A DNA stretch of 61,014 nucleotides from Paramecium tetraurelia (lineage: Eukaryota). The translations under genes were made by a program, and so were the position numbers. The notes beneath the pieces are model-generated. The model was not told where the DNA came from and did not search any database. It saw nothing but the letters and a program-made list of their open reading frames with translations. The stretch is taken from assembly GCA_000165425.1 (NCBI GenBank), contig CT868651.1:310001-371014 (forward strand), read 5' to 3'. Of this stretch, positions 14,348-28,404 are shown piece after piece. Each line of letters begins with the position of its first letter. Positions within the stretch are counted from its first letter, which is position 1.

Positions 14348-17300
14348 ATGGAAACAGTACTTCAAGAGAGTATACTTGCATTGACCTTCAATCACGAGAG
14401 AAGTAGTATAATCTACTTGGCTCAACCAATTTTCTAAGGGGAGAACCCAATAAACGAATTGATTGAATTGGATTTGCACAATCAAACAGTATTGGAGAGG
14501 TAATTAATTACAATTGAAGTTTAGATACATCATATCAAAGCAATTGCCTAACCAACCACCGTTTATGCTTATCACTTCAAGAAGGAAAGGATATTTGATT
14601 TTGGCATTCCAACCATCCTTGATGGAGATATGGCAATTGGGAAGCAGTGCACAAGGATTCAATCAATCCATTTGGTCAGGTGAAACCAAGGGGAGGAGTG
14701 GATACGAAATTTAGCATGCTGATGTGAGCAATCTGGATGTAAGTTTTGCATTTTACTAATTAAAAAGGGCATTCTATTCTTTAGTGCTATAGATCAAAGA
14801 AATATTTATTGTGCCAATATTGATGACACAATTCAGTCGAATGGAAATGAATTGAATTTAAGTAAATTGAGATTGCCTGAAAGAGTAAGCGTCAACGATT
14901 TGAAATGTCATCCTACAGATTATAAAATTTGCAGTGCATGTTCAGATGGATTAGTCAGAGTGTGGAATCAAACCACTTACACTCAATTAAATAGTATATA
15001 AGATGAACACAACATAATTATCTCACTGGCATTCCAACAAGATGGACAAAAGTTGCTATGTGGATGCGATAATGGCAAGGTATAATTCCATAGTATAAAT
15101 AATATAGATTCTGTGTTATGATGCTAAGACCTTAGGAGATAGAAACATATTGTTGGCCATTTATTAGTTGGAGTAGAATCATAACAATGGGATATTGTGT
15201 TTACATTGGGTAAATTACAACGGAGCCATCAATTGTAGTTAATTTTTGGCTTATCTCTATGATGGAAATATCAAATTATTAAATATTAAATTACTTGTAC
15301 CCTAGGATATGATCAGAGATCAAAAGGTATCCAAATCAAAAAAATAAGAACTCTTTGGAAGCATCAAAGAAATTCAAAATCTATTAGCCATTAAAAATGA
15401 TCTAAAATACAATGCTTAGAGACAATAACCAAATATTGGATTATCAAAATTCATATAGATTCATCCCTATGCCAATTTTATCAGTCTTAATTCCATCAAG
15501 ACATTGCCAGATTAAACTCTCCAAAGCTAGATATTCTACCAATACAAAACGTAGATCATTCTACTCAATGATAACACCAATCTCTTGGCTGAATACCCTG
15601 TGTGTTCACAATAGTATTAGTATTCCTTTTAGGAACTTTTTCCAGATGAGAATAATCGAATCTTAACCTAAAGATACCTCTACTATATTGATCAACACAC
15701 TATGGAAATCAAATAATATTGTCTAGCTAAAGGAATATTGAAATCAATTGCCAATCTAAGATAGATGATTTTGGTTGAAAATCCGATCTTCTACCAATTA
15801 AGTGTGAGACCAAACTCTCTCAAATTCGCTCAAAGAACGCAGTTCCTCCTAAGTTATAAGATAGAAACAACGTATAGATGTTGTACAGTGATGTCTAATG
15901 ATGGAGTATTATCGGATAACTTAAAGGAATATCCTGCCAGATTTTCCATGTTCTTAGGTGAAGAATGTTGGGCGAATCCTCCATTGTTTTTGTTGTATGA
16001 GGATAGATCAAGCTATAGTATAATATTCGAGGATACTCTACCTTAAGAGGAAGATATGTTAAAACTATTGAATAAATAAGACAAGGACAAATTATAAAAC
16101 TAAATGAAACAGTCATTAAATTTAAAGGTGTAGAGAATGTTTTGGACTCCTTTGAGATCAGGGTTCGTTGTAATTTACCAGCCAATGAATGAAAACATCT
16201 TAAAATTTAGTAGAAATAGAAATCCAGATAATAATCTCTTAGATCTATTGATGTAAAGTGGTTCCGAAATGATCTTCAAATTTGGGAGTGACGAGTAAGT
16301 GACAGATTTAGTCTGGCAGAAGGATCAATACATTGGAGCTGTTGTCACCATTCATAATGTGTATATAGTGGATGATAGTTTGAATACTCTTAAATTGATA
16401 TCACTCCAACCATAAGTGAATAAAAAGTAATTGCAATTATGATAAACTAGGAATCGAATTCTATTGACATATTGGATGGCTCAGACCTTAATTCTATAAA
16501 CTAAATTCCACATACTATATGTTTTGCTCAATGGCACTTGTGCTTCTATATAATCAATTGATAATTATGAGGAAAAGAATGTGCTTTCAGCTTTGTTGTG
16601 GGATAGGATGATTTTATTATGTTAGAGGTAACTGATTAGTTATATGATTTAGTCATTCCAAAAAGTAAAATAATATAGAAATCAAAACTAAATGGATCAA
16701 TATTATCTAACCCATTTTGCAAGGATATATACACAATAAAAGATTCTTTAATTAAGATGTAGATGAACCTACTATCACAAAATTGCTATTGACCTTTGCT
16801 AATCCAAATATTGATTATTCTCTCATTAAAGACTTAGAATAGTAAAAATAACACATTATCATAAAGATTCGTCTCATGTGCCAAGTTTATTATTTAACTT
16901 GATGATTGCAATCAATTTACTAAGCATCAAAAAGCTAAATTTTTCATGAAAACCTTGGATCATGAGAACTTAAATGAGACATTGTTTGACGGTGTGGGGA
17001 TCATTAATAATGATGACTTGTAATAGCAATTAATCAAAAAGATCAAGGATAGAAGATTCGAATACTTAAAAGTCCTCCTTGAATAAGCAAAATAATATTA
17101 TCTTATGACATTTTAATATAGGATTGCTGCAGAAATAGATGCCATCCTAAACAAACAACCGAATTTCATTATTTAAATCTTAAAAAAGCAGAAATAAATA
17201 GATAATATCGATCAGTATTTGACCAAAGAGTATACCACAAATGATGAGGCAATTCAATTGGCACACAAGGTCCAAAATCAAGGTAATATGTTCTTCAGAG

Positions 17301-19802
17301 ACAATATTAAACAATTAATAGAGTTTTTGACTCAACAATAGCAGTAAATTAAAAACAATTAAGATACTCAAAATATGCTGCCTTCTTATTACTTTACTGA
17401 TTATCTTTTGGAAAAGTTACAACAATTATAAAATATGAAGTCCTTACAAAGTAAAGTTGAATTTGGAAAGGATAAATTCAATTTAATCTATGATGATATT
17501 AGGAATGAGGAGGATGAAGAAGAGACTGTTGTTGATAATAAAGTTATAAGAATTTTTGATAGACTGACCTATGATTCCATTGGTTTCTTTTTAGGTGTTG
17601 GTGGACAACCGTAATCTCAATAAGTTAACAATATGTTTGATGCAAAAAATGAAGATGAGGATGGCAAATAAAAATAAGATTAGCAATATGATTTCAATGA
17701 CAATAGCACTAAAGAATTCTAAGAACTACTCATTTATTGGAGAATTGATGAAGGAAAGGGCAATAAAATAGGAGATTATGGCAATTATAATTGTGTTGGT
17801 GATATTTATGTAAATAAGGAGATTAGTTCGGAAACAGAGAATTTATGGGAAAAATTAGAAGAAAGTGATCCAATGGATTATTAAGATCTTTGGGGAAATG
17901 TTTGTAGCGCATAGCAAGGTTTTGAAATCGGTCCTCAGGCAGGAATTCAAACAAGGAAAAAGAATTATTGGAAGAAGAACAAACTGTCAGATTTTACAAT
18001 TGAGATGTGGATCAAACCATTATAGTCTTCTGGACAGATATTATAAGTAGATCAATACTTTACACTCAACATAAATGAGTTAAGTATTGAAGTTATTATT
18101 GATGGATAAATTGTATAATTCAATATCGATGAAAACGATGAATATAATCCAATGAATTAACCGTAGGTTAAGGTAAATTTTTGGAATCACATTTGTTTAT
18201 CCTATGAACAATCAGCAAGTGTGTTGTATTTATATATTTAAGCCAAATATTAATTTAGTTGTCAAGAACTTGAAATTTCTAATGAACTTTTTAAGAATAA
18301 AAATTTGATTTTGGGTCAAGCAACACAAGATCCCAATCCCAAATATCCAATCATTAAGTGTTTGATAACAGAATTCAGATTTTGGAAGTAGAAATTTTAA
18401 CTCAAGGAAGTCAGAGATGGTTATAGATAGCCTCTTCCCATCGTTTATGAGAAATAAAAGGAAATTAAAATTGATATTAAATAAGAATCCAAACCAAAAC
18501 CTACCACAGGATTGAATGCATTTCAGGGATTGAAATTAGATTTTGCCTTAGAACCAATTGAGGAAAAACCAACCAAAGAAGTATAGTAGGAAGATGATGG
18601 ATAAAACGTATAACAAGTCGAACAACCAAACTCTGATTTCGGCTGGTTTGGAGGATCGTAACCAAATTAATAATTGAGCAATAATTTTGAATTCGATAGC
18701 AATTTTAATGCATTTGCTTAAGCTGCTGCCCCTCAAATCTAATAAGGAGGAGAATGGGGAAGTGACTTCAGTGAATTTGCAAATTTTGATCATTCAAAGC
18801 CTACTTAGAAGAATGATTTTTCTTCTTTTTCTAATGAGAACCCAAAACCTCAAAAAAGCTAACAATAATAAGAGTAAAAAATTAAAGAAGAAACGAAACC
18901 AGCATAATAATAAAAATAGAAATAAGATTAGCCAAAGGTCGAATAATAATCAGTCCCTAAATAAACAGATAAATAATAATAATAGTAGTAATCATAGTAA
19001 TAACAATAACAGTAATAATAGCAAATGTAATAATAATAACAACATTAACCAATCCCATAAAAAAATTCAATATAAGAAATATAGCAAATAGTTGATCAAG
19101 CAGTTAAATCATTTGGTCTAAAACAAACAAAAGAAGGAGTAGATAATTTGACAAAGGCCTTTTAAAAACTTAATGAATATTTGCAGGGAAACAAAGATAA
19201 GCTTCAAAGGGTATAAATATTATTATATAATTTAGATATAAAAATTCATTGTCCATTGTGCTTAATATAGATTTGCCTTTTAGTTACTAATTGGAATAAA
19301 TTAGATGCATGAGAAAGGTAACTTTAAAAAAGAAATCTATATGCATTTAATTTTGATTCATCAAAATATTATCCCAAGCCACAAACTTCATTGGATTATA
19401 TAATCAATATTTATTTGTATTGAATCTGAAAACACAGCACTTGCAGAAACATTACTTAATTAATTGAAGTAGAGTTTGGATAAAGTTAAACTTACAGAAG
19501 AAGATGATAAATTGCTAAAGGAGTGTGAATCAAAGTTGGCCAAAATTGAAGATAAAAAAAATTCTGGATTATACAAATTGACATGTCCTAATTGTAAAAG
19601 TCACTTCCCATTCAAAGGGATAAAGAAATGCAATAAATGTAATAAAGACTTCTTAATTTGTTAATTTAAATTGCTTTGCATATCTAAGGTTGATTGCCTG
19701 AAGTGCAAGGCTTGTGAATCTGTTTTCAGCAAAGAATCAGGGTAAGTTGGTTAGAGATGTCCATATTGTCATATAGATGTTTTGAATATACCTGGTGCTT
19801 GA
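14348..19802 (+). CDS. Protocoatomer WD40/alpha-solenoid protein resembling TSET TTRAY / plant TWD40-1, with LamG-like insertion and C-terminal Zn knuckles
   Basis: N-terminal WD40 repeats (CSACSDGLVRVWN, ISLAFQQDGQKLLCGCDNG). Collinear motifs RFSMFLG..LLYEDRS, VQRMFWTPL, EQVTDLVWQ..IGAVVT, YWMAQTLIL, LSALLWDRMILL, IEIKTKWINIIQPILQG. Cys-rich tail ends RCPYCHIDVLNIPGA*. Confidence 0.75.
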
Positions 19803-20716
19803 TTTTGATTATTTTATTCATTACATAACAATGCCTCTAATCTATTAAATATTTGCTAAAGGGAAATCAAATATATTAAAATGTAAGGCTTAGTTCTCTC
19901 TACTCTCTCTATTCTCTTCATTCTTTAAAATAATTGGGTTTTGCTTAACAAATAGAATTTACCATTAATTTTTAAATTCAAATTGATTAGGCTATTAATT
20001 TAGTGACTTGCTATAATAACCTATAAAAGTTTATTAAGATCAGTTGTTTTATGTATGATGATAAGAAATCACCAAGTTACTATTAATGAATTATTATTAA
20101 ATTAGTTGCAATTAGAAAATATATTAGAAAAGAAACATCAATAGATATATCAAGATTGTACTGATTTGACTTATAAAACATTTTTTTTTTTCTTAATTTG
20201 TCTTTTATTTGAAGATAAAATAAAAAATAGAATATGTAAAAGGAGACAACTAAGAATTGTAAATCTGGCCTTGATCGAATAATCAAGATATTAGCATTGA
20301 AATTACTTTATGGAGTAATATTATTATCTAATAATGCCTTTATATTAAATAATATTAGTATAAAGTAGTGAAATATGAATTCAAATGTGATGATAATAAA
20401 TTGTCAAACTCAACACCAGATGAAAAAGTTAAGTATGTATGGTTAACGACTTTTCAGATTTTCGATTATTCCGTGCTTAAAGCTCATAATTAACAAAAAG
20501 TGTAGGTTTATTAATATGAAAGCTTAAGTACGAGTTATAAAAATAAACTGGAATTATTGAGATTTATGAAATATTAGTTTCGAATTTGATTTAAATTGCT
20601 GGAGAAAACAATATAATATAAAAGTTTTTTAGAAATGAGTATTAGATCGATTATAAGTCATAATCCCTTATAGTTTAGATGGGTTTTGCAATATATAATA
20701 TATATAATAATAAAAT

Positions 20717-22939
20717 ATGAACGTTTAATAAACAAAGACATCATCACTTAAGGACTTTTAAATCATTTAAGAGTTAGGAAAGGGATCATTTAGTACAGTG
20801 TACAAGGTATATTTGGGTTTTAACGGTAGGTGAAAAGAATAGCGGATGGCTAAGAATATGCATTAAAGAAAGTGAAATTAGGATCTTTAAAATAGAAAGA
20901 AAAAGAGAACGCACTAAATGAAGTCAGACTATTGGCTTCGATTAATAACAAGTATATAGTAGCCTACAAAGTAACATAACGAGTGATAAATCTAGGAAGC
21001 CTTCTTTGATGATGAATCCAAATGTTTATGTACTGTAATGGAACTTTTATCTGGAGGTGACGTGTATCGTAGAATCACTCAGGCTCTAAAGGGAGGCCCT
21101 TAATTCTCAGAGTAAGATATATGGAAAGCCTTGATTCACATGATTTTGGGGTATGAGTTTGTAGTTAAATAGATTGAAAACACTTCATGATTAGAAGATA
21201 GTGCATAGAGATTTAAAATCAGCAAATGTTTTTCTTTCTCGAGATGGAACTTTCAAATTGGGAGATCTGAATGTGGCAAAGGTAGCTAAGCAAGGATTTG
21301 TTTATACTTAAACTGGAACACCATATTATGCTAGTCCTGAAGTGTGGAGAGATGAACCGTACGATTTGAAGAGTGATATTTGGTATTTAAATTTAATCAT
21401 ATATAAGGTCCTTGGGTTGTGTTCTTTATGAAATGTGTTGTTTGTAAACTCCATTCAGAGCAAAAGAAATGGATGTCCTTTTTCAAAAAGTCTAAAAAGG
21501 GTTGTATGATTAAATACCAGCCAAATATTCAAAAGATCTAGCTTATGTCATATCTTTGTTATTAAAAACGCAATCTTCTTCAAGACCGAATTGCGAAGAA
21601 CTATTAAAAATACCCATAATCCAAGGCAGAATGAAGGACATTGAAACTTGCATCAATCATTAACCATAAAATTAAGAACTTTTGAAGACAATATAAATCC
21701 CAAGAACTATTGATTAATTGAATTCTCAATTTCCAAAATCTAAATACGAAAATGAGGTTATGAGTTTTGAGAGAAACATTGAAAATAAGTCAACAGAAAA
21801 TTCCTCAAGTCCTTTCAGATCTCCACAATAAATAACTAAGACATAGTAGGATTCTCGAATAAGCTAAGGAAAAGATCGATAAGTCACTGATATCACAAAA
21901 AGTCTAGCTTACATAGAAAGACAGAACAAATATCCTTTGTTAGTTGAAGGACCTAGACCCTCGGCATCAAGAAAAATTGAAAAACCAAAATCTGCTTAAC
22001 CTTAACTTCGCTATGAGAAAGAAGAAAAAGGATAACAATTAGGAAATTCAAGTATAAAGAATTCATAAGTGAATAATAAATACAAAGAGTCTGAAAACCT
22101 TAGGATGAAAAGGGAAAATGAACTTAAAGCTTTATAAGAACAATAAGATTTAAAATATCGAGAGTTAAGAAACTTGAAATAAGCACGGGAAGCTTCAAAA
22201 GGAATAAATGCTGAAAATAGACGAGTTTCTCCTATTTCCTAAGCAAAATAAAATGAATAATAGAGACCTTATCAATAGTAGCAAAGTGTATAAAGGCAAT
22301 CTTATTCTCCTATTACTCGAAAAGTAGAAATACCTTAATATAATAAGTAAATATATCAAATGATTTTTAGTAATAGAATAGTATAAAGTCAAATATAAAG
22401 TAGACCTCAAATAAGTCAATCTATTAATATTAGTAATCCAAGTTTATAAATTCATTCATCAATATCTCATCAAGAGATTCCAACCAGCAAAAGACAATAA
22501 ATCCCACAATCAGCAGCTCCAATTACTTAAAAATACTCAACAAACCAATAATAAAGGCCAATATCAGATAGATATTAACATCCGTAATCCGCATTACCAT
22601 CAAGAGTAGATTAGCAAAAATTAGATAGATAATAAGTATTTCCAGTTCAAGCAAGAGTTGTTAAAACTAAATAAATTGAACAAAAAAGTTAATAAACAAA
22701 ATAGACAAGGCCATTATCATCAAATTTAACACCTAATGAGAGATTAGTAAAATAAGAATATTAGCCTTAATATAATTAAATTCAAGTAAATTATAACCAT
22801 TATTATCCAATTGAAACCTATTAACGTCATGCATCAGATTAAAACTTAATCAGATATTAGTAATTTGATTATCATATATTTTAGGTAACGATAATAAAAT
22901 AAATAAATAAGGCAGAATGTAGAGGGTAGAAAAATATGA
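20717..22939 (+). CDS. NIMA-related (NEK) Ser/Thr kinase, CNK2-like, with long Q-rich tail
   Basis: [73 protein letters not shown]. Confidence 0.93.
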
Positions 22940-23209
22940 TAATTTATTACTATATCAATAATTATCAGTAATATTAATTTTTATTTTTTACCTTGCATTT
23001 TCTATCAATTGTAAATCAAATTTGTTTGATCTACACACAAGACTACTTAATCAAATACTATTCTAATCATTTTGGAAATGGCTTAGAACCTTTTGATAAG
23101 TCAAAAAACCATTCTTAATTTTTAAATAGTTGATCATTGAAATCTTAAACTTTTACATTTAGAAATTTATTTTGAAGTAAAAAATACTTAAATATTTTAA
23201 TATAATGAT

Positions 23210-24707
23210 TCATTCTAATTTCATAACTGTTAATAGATTAACATCAGCCTTATTATATAATAAGATATATTCTCCATTTTAGCCGATTCCTAATTTATTA
23301 TATTCCCCTGCAATAGACATTTGATGAACAAACTTCTTTTCATTTTAATTGAATCTCATAACATCAATTTCTTTACTTTCCTTCTTTTAAATAAGCAATA
23401 TTTTAATATCTGTATCATAACAAATTGGTAATTGATATATCTGATTTTCAAGGAAGGTGCTAGCTTCTACTTTAACGTAAGCTTGTTCCTCATTTTTTTT
23501 AAAGAAGTATATTTAGTTTGAAGAAGTCACAAAGAAAATTTCATGATCGATGAAATAAACTTTATTATTTTTATCTGGTTCTAATCCTTCAATTATTTAT
23601 TTAGATTGACCCTAGTTATCATCGGAAATATTCCATATCTATACTTTTGAAAAAGAACTAGAGATTAATTCACTGGATATTGGATTGAATGCTATTGAAC
23701 TCATCTAACCGAATTCTTTGTTTTCTATAGTTGACACTTTTTCCAAATCATAATTCTATTTTTTTAAGTAAATTTCAATAGTTTTGTCATCTCCTGCACA
23801 GAATAATTTAGAATCATCATCACTAAGCGTCAAATCAACGATGCCCTTACCATTGTGCGTTTTAATTTATTTCTTGTTTTTTCCATCCTTCCTCTTTTAA
23901 AGCCCATATATTTAATTACCCATTATCAGTACCATAATATATATCATCACTTGTTTTAGCAAATTTCACACAAGTCATTAATTCCATATCATCATCCTCA
24001 ATATTCTACTTCATCTTCTGCAGAGTGTGATCTTAAATTTTTAAGAAATGGATTTCAAAACTTTCTGAATAGGCTATAATGTTATTATCTTTATTAATCG
24101 TAATAAAGTCAACATTAGATTTATCCATTATTGATGCAAATATTTGATATTAAATTTTTTGCCTTACTTCCTACAATTGTATTTATTGTTAATTTTATTG
24201 TTGATTTTGTTGTAAATTTTATTGTTATAATCCTGTACTAAACTAGTAATCATTTATAGCTTTTTAAAGCATTGCTTGAAATGCTTTTTCTAATTCTAAA
24301 ATATTTTTTTTTTCTTCCTAAATTTAGTGTAATGTAGTATCATCTTTTGTAAACGAATTACCATTCTATTTGAACTTAACGAAATTTTATTCTTGATCTT
24401 AATAATCCTCAACTTTTCTTTGTTATTCAGCAAAATAAGATAATAGTTATTCTCTTTTTTTTGTAACAGTTTCAATATGGGAATTCATACTAATTTGTAG
24501 ATTCTCTTAGACTTCCAACATTTTTTTCTTTGCTTACCTCAATTTTTCTAATGTATCAACCTCATTTTTTTAAAGGAGAGATTTTTTTTTGCCTTAATAT
24601 TCCTGCACTATTTCATTGACTTATTGATGGCATATTCTACACATAGGCTTTCCTTATTCATTAATGGATTCAATTTACTACTAATGATCTTTGCAAACTG
24701 AATTCAT
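23210..24707 (-). CDS. WD40-repeat protein with N-terminal B-box-like Zn motif and coiled coil
   Basis: Starts MNSVCKDH...PMCRIC, then a coiled coil and WD40 units (HNGKGIVDLTLSDDDSKLFCAGDDKTIEIY). Ends GQNGEYILLYNK..MKLE*. Confidence 0.8.
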
Positions 24708-24838
24708 TCTTTGAATTATAAATACTTTTTTTAATTAATGTAAAATAAGATTTTTGGCAGCCCTATTTCTATTAAAATTTTTTAGTATAAATATAAATTA
24801 AATGTTTTTTAATTAATATGTCATCTAGAAATAGGTAC

Positions 24839-27474
24839 TCAATCAAAATATTCAATTTTTATTTATTTACTTATCTCATCAGCAGAATGAAATTAGAATT
24901 GCTCGTATTCCTCTCCTCCATAATGTTTAGAAACAATAATATAAAATTAACTCAGCAATGATAAGGAATTCTAGATTATTTCTTTAATTTAAATCTAAAA
25001 TCTCAATAAATTATTACTTATATCTAATCGAAAGTGCTTTTATCTAAAAAGTTGTTGAGTTTAAGATTAATCTCCTAAATAAAATCAATAATATTTTCAT
25101 AAAAAAGGGAATAAGACCTCTTGATCTGCCCTTATGAGATCAGTAAATTGAAATCCTTTTGTGCCTACCCCAATTTCTATTCATCCTTTTCTATTAATTT
25201 TATTACAATTTTTACCTTCTACCAATTTGTGCTACAAATATTAATAGTTTCTAATATATTAAATTAATGTTTTGGCAACAATAAAAGTCATGTCTTTAAC
25301 AAACTAAAACAGCATCAAATTCTTTTGATTCATAAGGTTATTCTTCCAATCAACTTCATATTAATTAATTTTAGGCATCCCCTTATATACAAATTGAAAG
25401 AAGTTTGTAATGTAAGTCCATAATTTCTCAGGAGATCTTAATTCTATCCATTAAATTTCAGGTCTCAATTATCCTGTGATTAATTATAGCAAAACTGCTT
25501 TTGTTTCACTAAAATCAAGTTCACTCTCTTTTACTATGTAGTCTCCACCTAATTATGCCAATCCATCACATAAATAGATGATATTCTTTAAATAAAATAC
25601 GTAGCTATCAAATTTAACCTAAAATAAAACAGTTATTTACATCAAATTATTCTGCAACTAATTTCAACTGAGAATTGATTTCCCTTAGAGTTTCTCCAGC
25701 CAATTATCTGAAAATCACTTAATCCACTGATCTTTACATTTTAGTTATCAGATCTAATCCAAATATCACAGCTGGATAAAGATCACTTCTTTAGATCTCG
25801 TACCCTTTTGGAATAGGTTAGGTTTTTAAGAATTTATGAATCACTAATTTTTATTTTTATCTGATGTAATCTTTTGGGGAATACGAATATATTTTCTATT
25901 GAATTTAAACCTAAGATGATTAAATGGATTTGTGGATGATGTCTAAATTTATTTTTTCCAGAAACAAGTTCGTAAAGATGTTTAAGTAGTTCTAAAAACA
26001 CTCCACTATTTAGTTTTAATCCTATGAATATAAATGGTTTCTATACTTTTCCTTAGGAGATGATTTGAAATATTGGAAATAAATAATCTTTTTCATCCAA
26101 TGAATTCTCTTTTATTTTCTAAAATACTTTTGTAGCATGATTTTTCAATTACAACAACGATTCACTAATCATGACTAATTAATCTAAATTATAGATCTTC
26201 TATAAAAATATTCTCATTGTCTAATAGTAATTATCAAGAATTCTTGATAGATGTTATTTATCATTTTCTTTAACAATCCTTAAATTTAACCTGAAAAACA
26301 TTCTTGAATAAAATGATTCAATTACTGTTGTCTCAAATATAATCCCGCATAAAGCTTCGAATATGAGTATTTCTTACTACTTCTATAAATGTTAATTACT
26401 AACCAATTTTTGCTATATTAAACTCTAATTTATTTTATGCAAAATCTAACCTGTTTAATTGAGATTGCTTGATTACTTATTAATCAATTCATTGATTTGT
26501 TAGTGTAAATTTAATCTATTGTAAAAATTGTATTATAAAAATACATCATTATACAATGAATATAGATCCTAATCACCTTAAATTTGGGATTCAATGTAAA
26601 GAAACAGATCCTTCATTTATTCTGTTATATTGAATTTTTAAAATTCCTCTTCGTATTAATAATTATTCTTGATTTAAGGATCCTTGAATTTCAATTGTGG
26701 AATCAATTATGGAAATATAATTTATAAAAATTATAACTTTAATGGATTGGGTTGAAGGATATTATTATCATCAGCATTAAAATCTTAATAGCCAAAAAAA
26801 CGTGGAGGATAAAATACACAAATTAAGTCTTTTAATTGAGAAAACTTTTAATTGATAAATTAGGATTCTTTGTTTAAAAGCTTCATTAAAGAACTTTTGC
26901 AAGTGCCTAATAATCTTTTCTTCAATTATTAATATTAAAGAATGCATTTGTCACTTTGATAATAGTTGGGTTTTGAAGAAAAGAAAATCATGCCTTCTTG
27001 AATCTCGCTGATTAACACTTAATAATTGATTTCCTTTTTGTCATCATTCTCTAAATCCCTTGAAATCTTTTGGATGTTATAGTAATATTGGATGTTTTCT
27101 TAAATTTGAAATTGATATTCCAATAACTCTTTTTGTTCATTGATGTGAATATTAGCTTCTTGATGAAATTGACTAATCTTTTGGACAATCTTGTCTTTAT
27201 CATCATTCAATTTTTTCAATTAATCACATATTGTTTCTAAATTTTGTGTTATGCTTTGTAACGATGATAATTTTTCCTAATATTATCCTTAGATCGTTTC
27301 CAAACGAAAGAAGTCATCATTTTTCTTATCGCGTTTCTTATAAAATTAAAAATTAGTTGTCTTCTCTTTTTCTTAATAAACTTTTTGTTGCTAACTTTCC
27401 ATTTCATCTATCATTGCTTATTCCTAAGGAGTTAAGGCATTGCTCTATTCCCATTATACAATGTTGATTTACAT
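24839..27474 (-). CDS. COG3: Conserved oligomeric Golgi complex subunit 3 (Sec34)-like
   Basis: Sec34-like N-region (FHQEANIHINEQKELL..IQENIQYYYNIQKI..GMIFFSSKPNYYQS). C-region LYPAVIFGLDLITKMQRSVDQVIFRQLAGETL resembles the COG3 segment [32 protein letters not shown] as I recall it. Confidence 0.8.
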
Positions 27475-27515
27475 AATTATTTAAGAATATTTATATATGT
27501 ATTAACAAAATTAAA

Positions 27516-28359
27516 ATGTTAATTTCATCAATCCTAGGATGGAGTTCCTTGTTTTTAATCACAAATTACTCTCTCTACAAATACTATTTCACTTAACCCC
27601 TCAAGGCCTTAACATTAGCTTAAATTATTAAAAGAGACCTTTGGAAATGGAGATTTTAAAAATGGAAATCCTCAATAAATCGCTCCCCTTATTAAATAGA
27701 ATTGAAATTTGGCCTAAATCACAAACCGATAAGTGGTAATTACGTATAACAAAATATTTAAACAATCGGAGAAACACACGCATTATTCATCAACAATCAG
27801 AATAATTACTAACATTTAACAAATATGAATGTGAAATAAATTAATGATTTTCAAGTTGGAATGAACCAATTATTTTATTACAATTTCCATTCTGATTACA
27901 TTTTATTGTCAATATGCCACAAACTTGATGATGAAAATAATACCTATAATATTTTAGTGCAGAGTAAGAAGTTTACAAGAAAGGAAGAGGAAGGTAATTT
28001 GAAAGAATTGGCAGGAGAATACGTGTATTTTATTTTAAAATAAGATTCAAAAGTAAGGATTTGCTAAAATTTTGGGAATAAAACCATGGATATTGACTTT
28101 ATTGATAGGATCATATAGCATACAATTAAAAATGAGAAGGTCATTGAATACATAGATTTAGATGGAACATGGTTTAATGAAAACTCTTAATGTATTTAAA
28201 TTATATATAATAGATTGTAAATGTGTACTTAAGTTGGATGAGCAATACAATTTAATTAACATAAATAAAATTAATAATTTCGAAATAATTGAAAGTTAGA
28301 AAATGTATGATAAAATAATTGATAATCTAAAGAATAAAACTATATTATATATAAATTGA
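27516..28359 (+). CDS. Hypothetical protein with N-terminal hydrophobic segment
   Basis: MLISSILGWSSLFLITNYSLYKYYF. Open frame with tiny introns, TGA at 28357-28359. Confidence 0.6.
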
Positions 28360-28404
28360 ATATGAATTTTTATTAGATATTTTAATATAATTGATTCACT
28401 TTTT

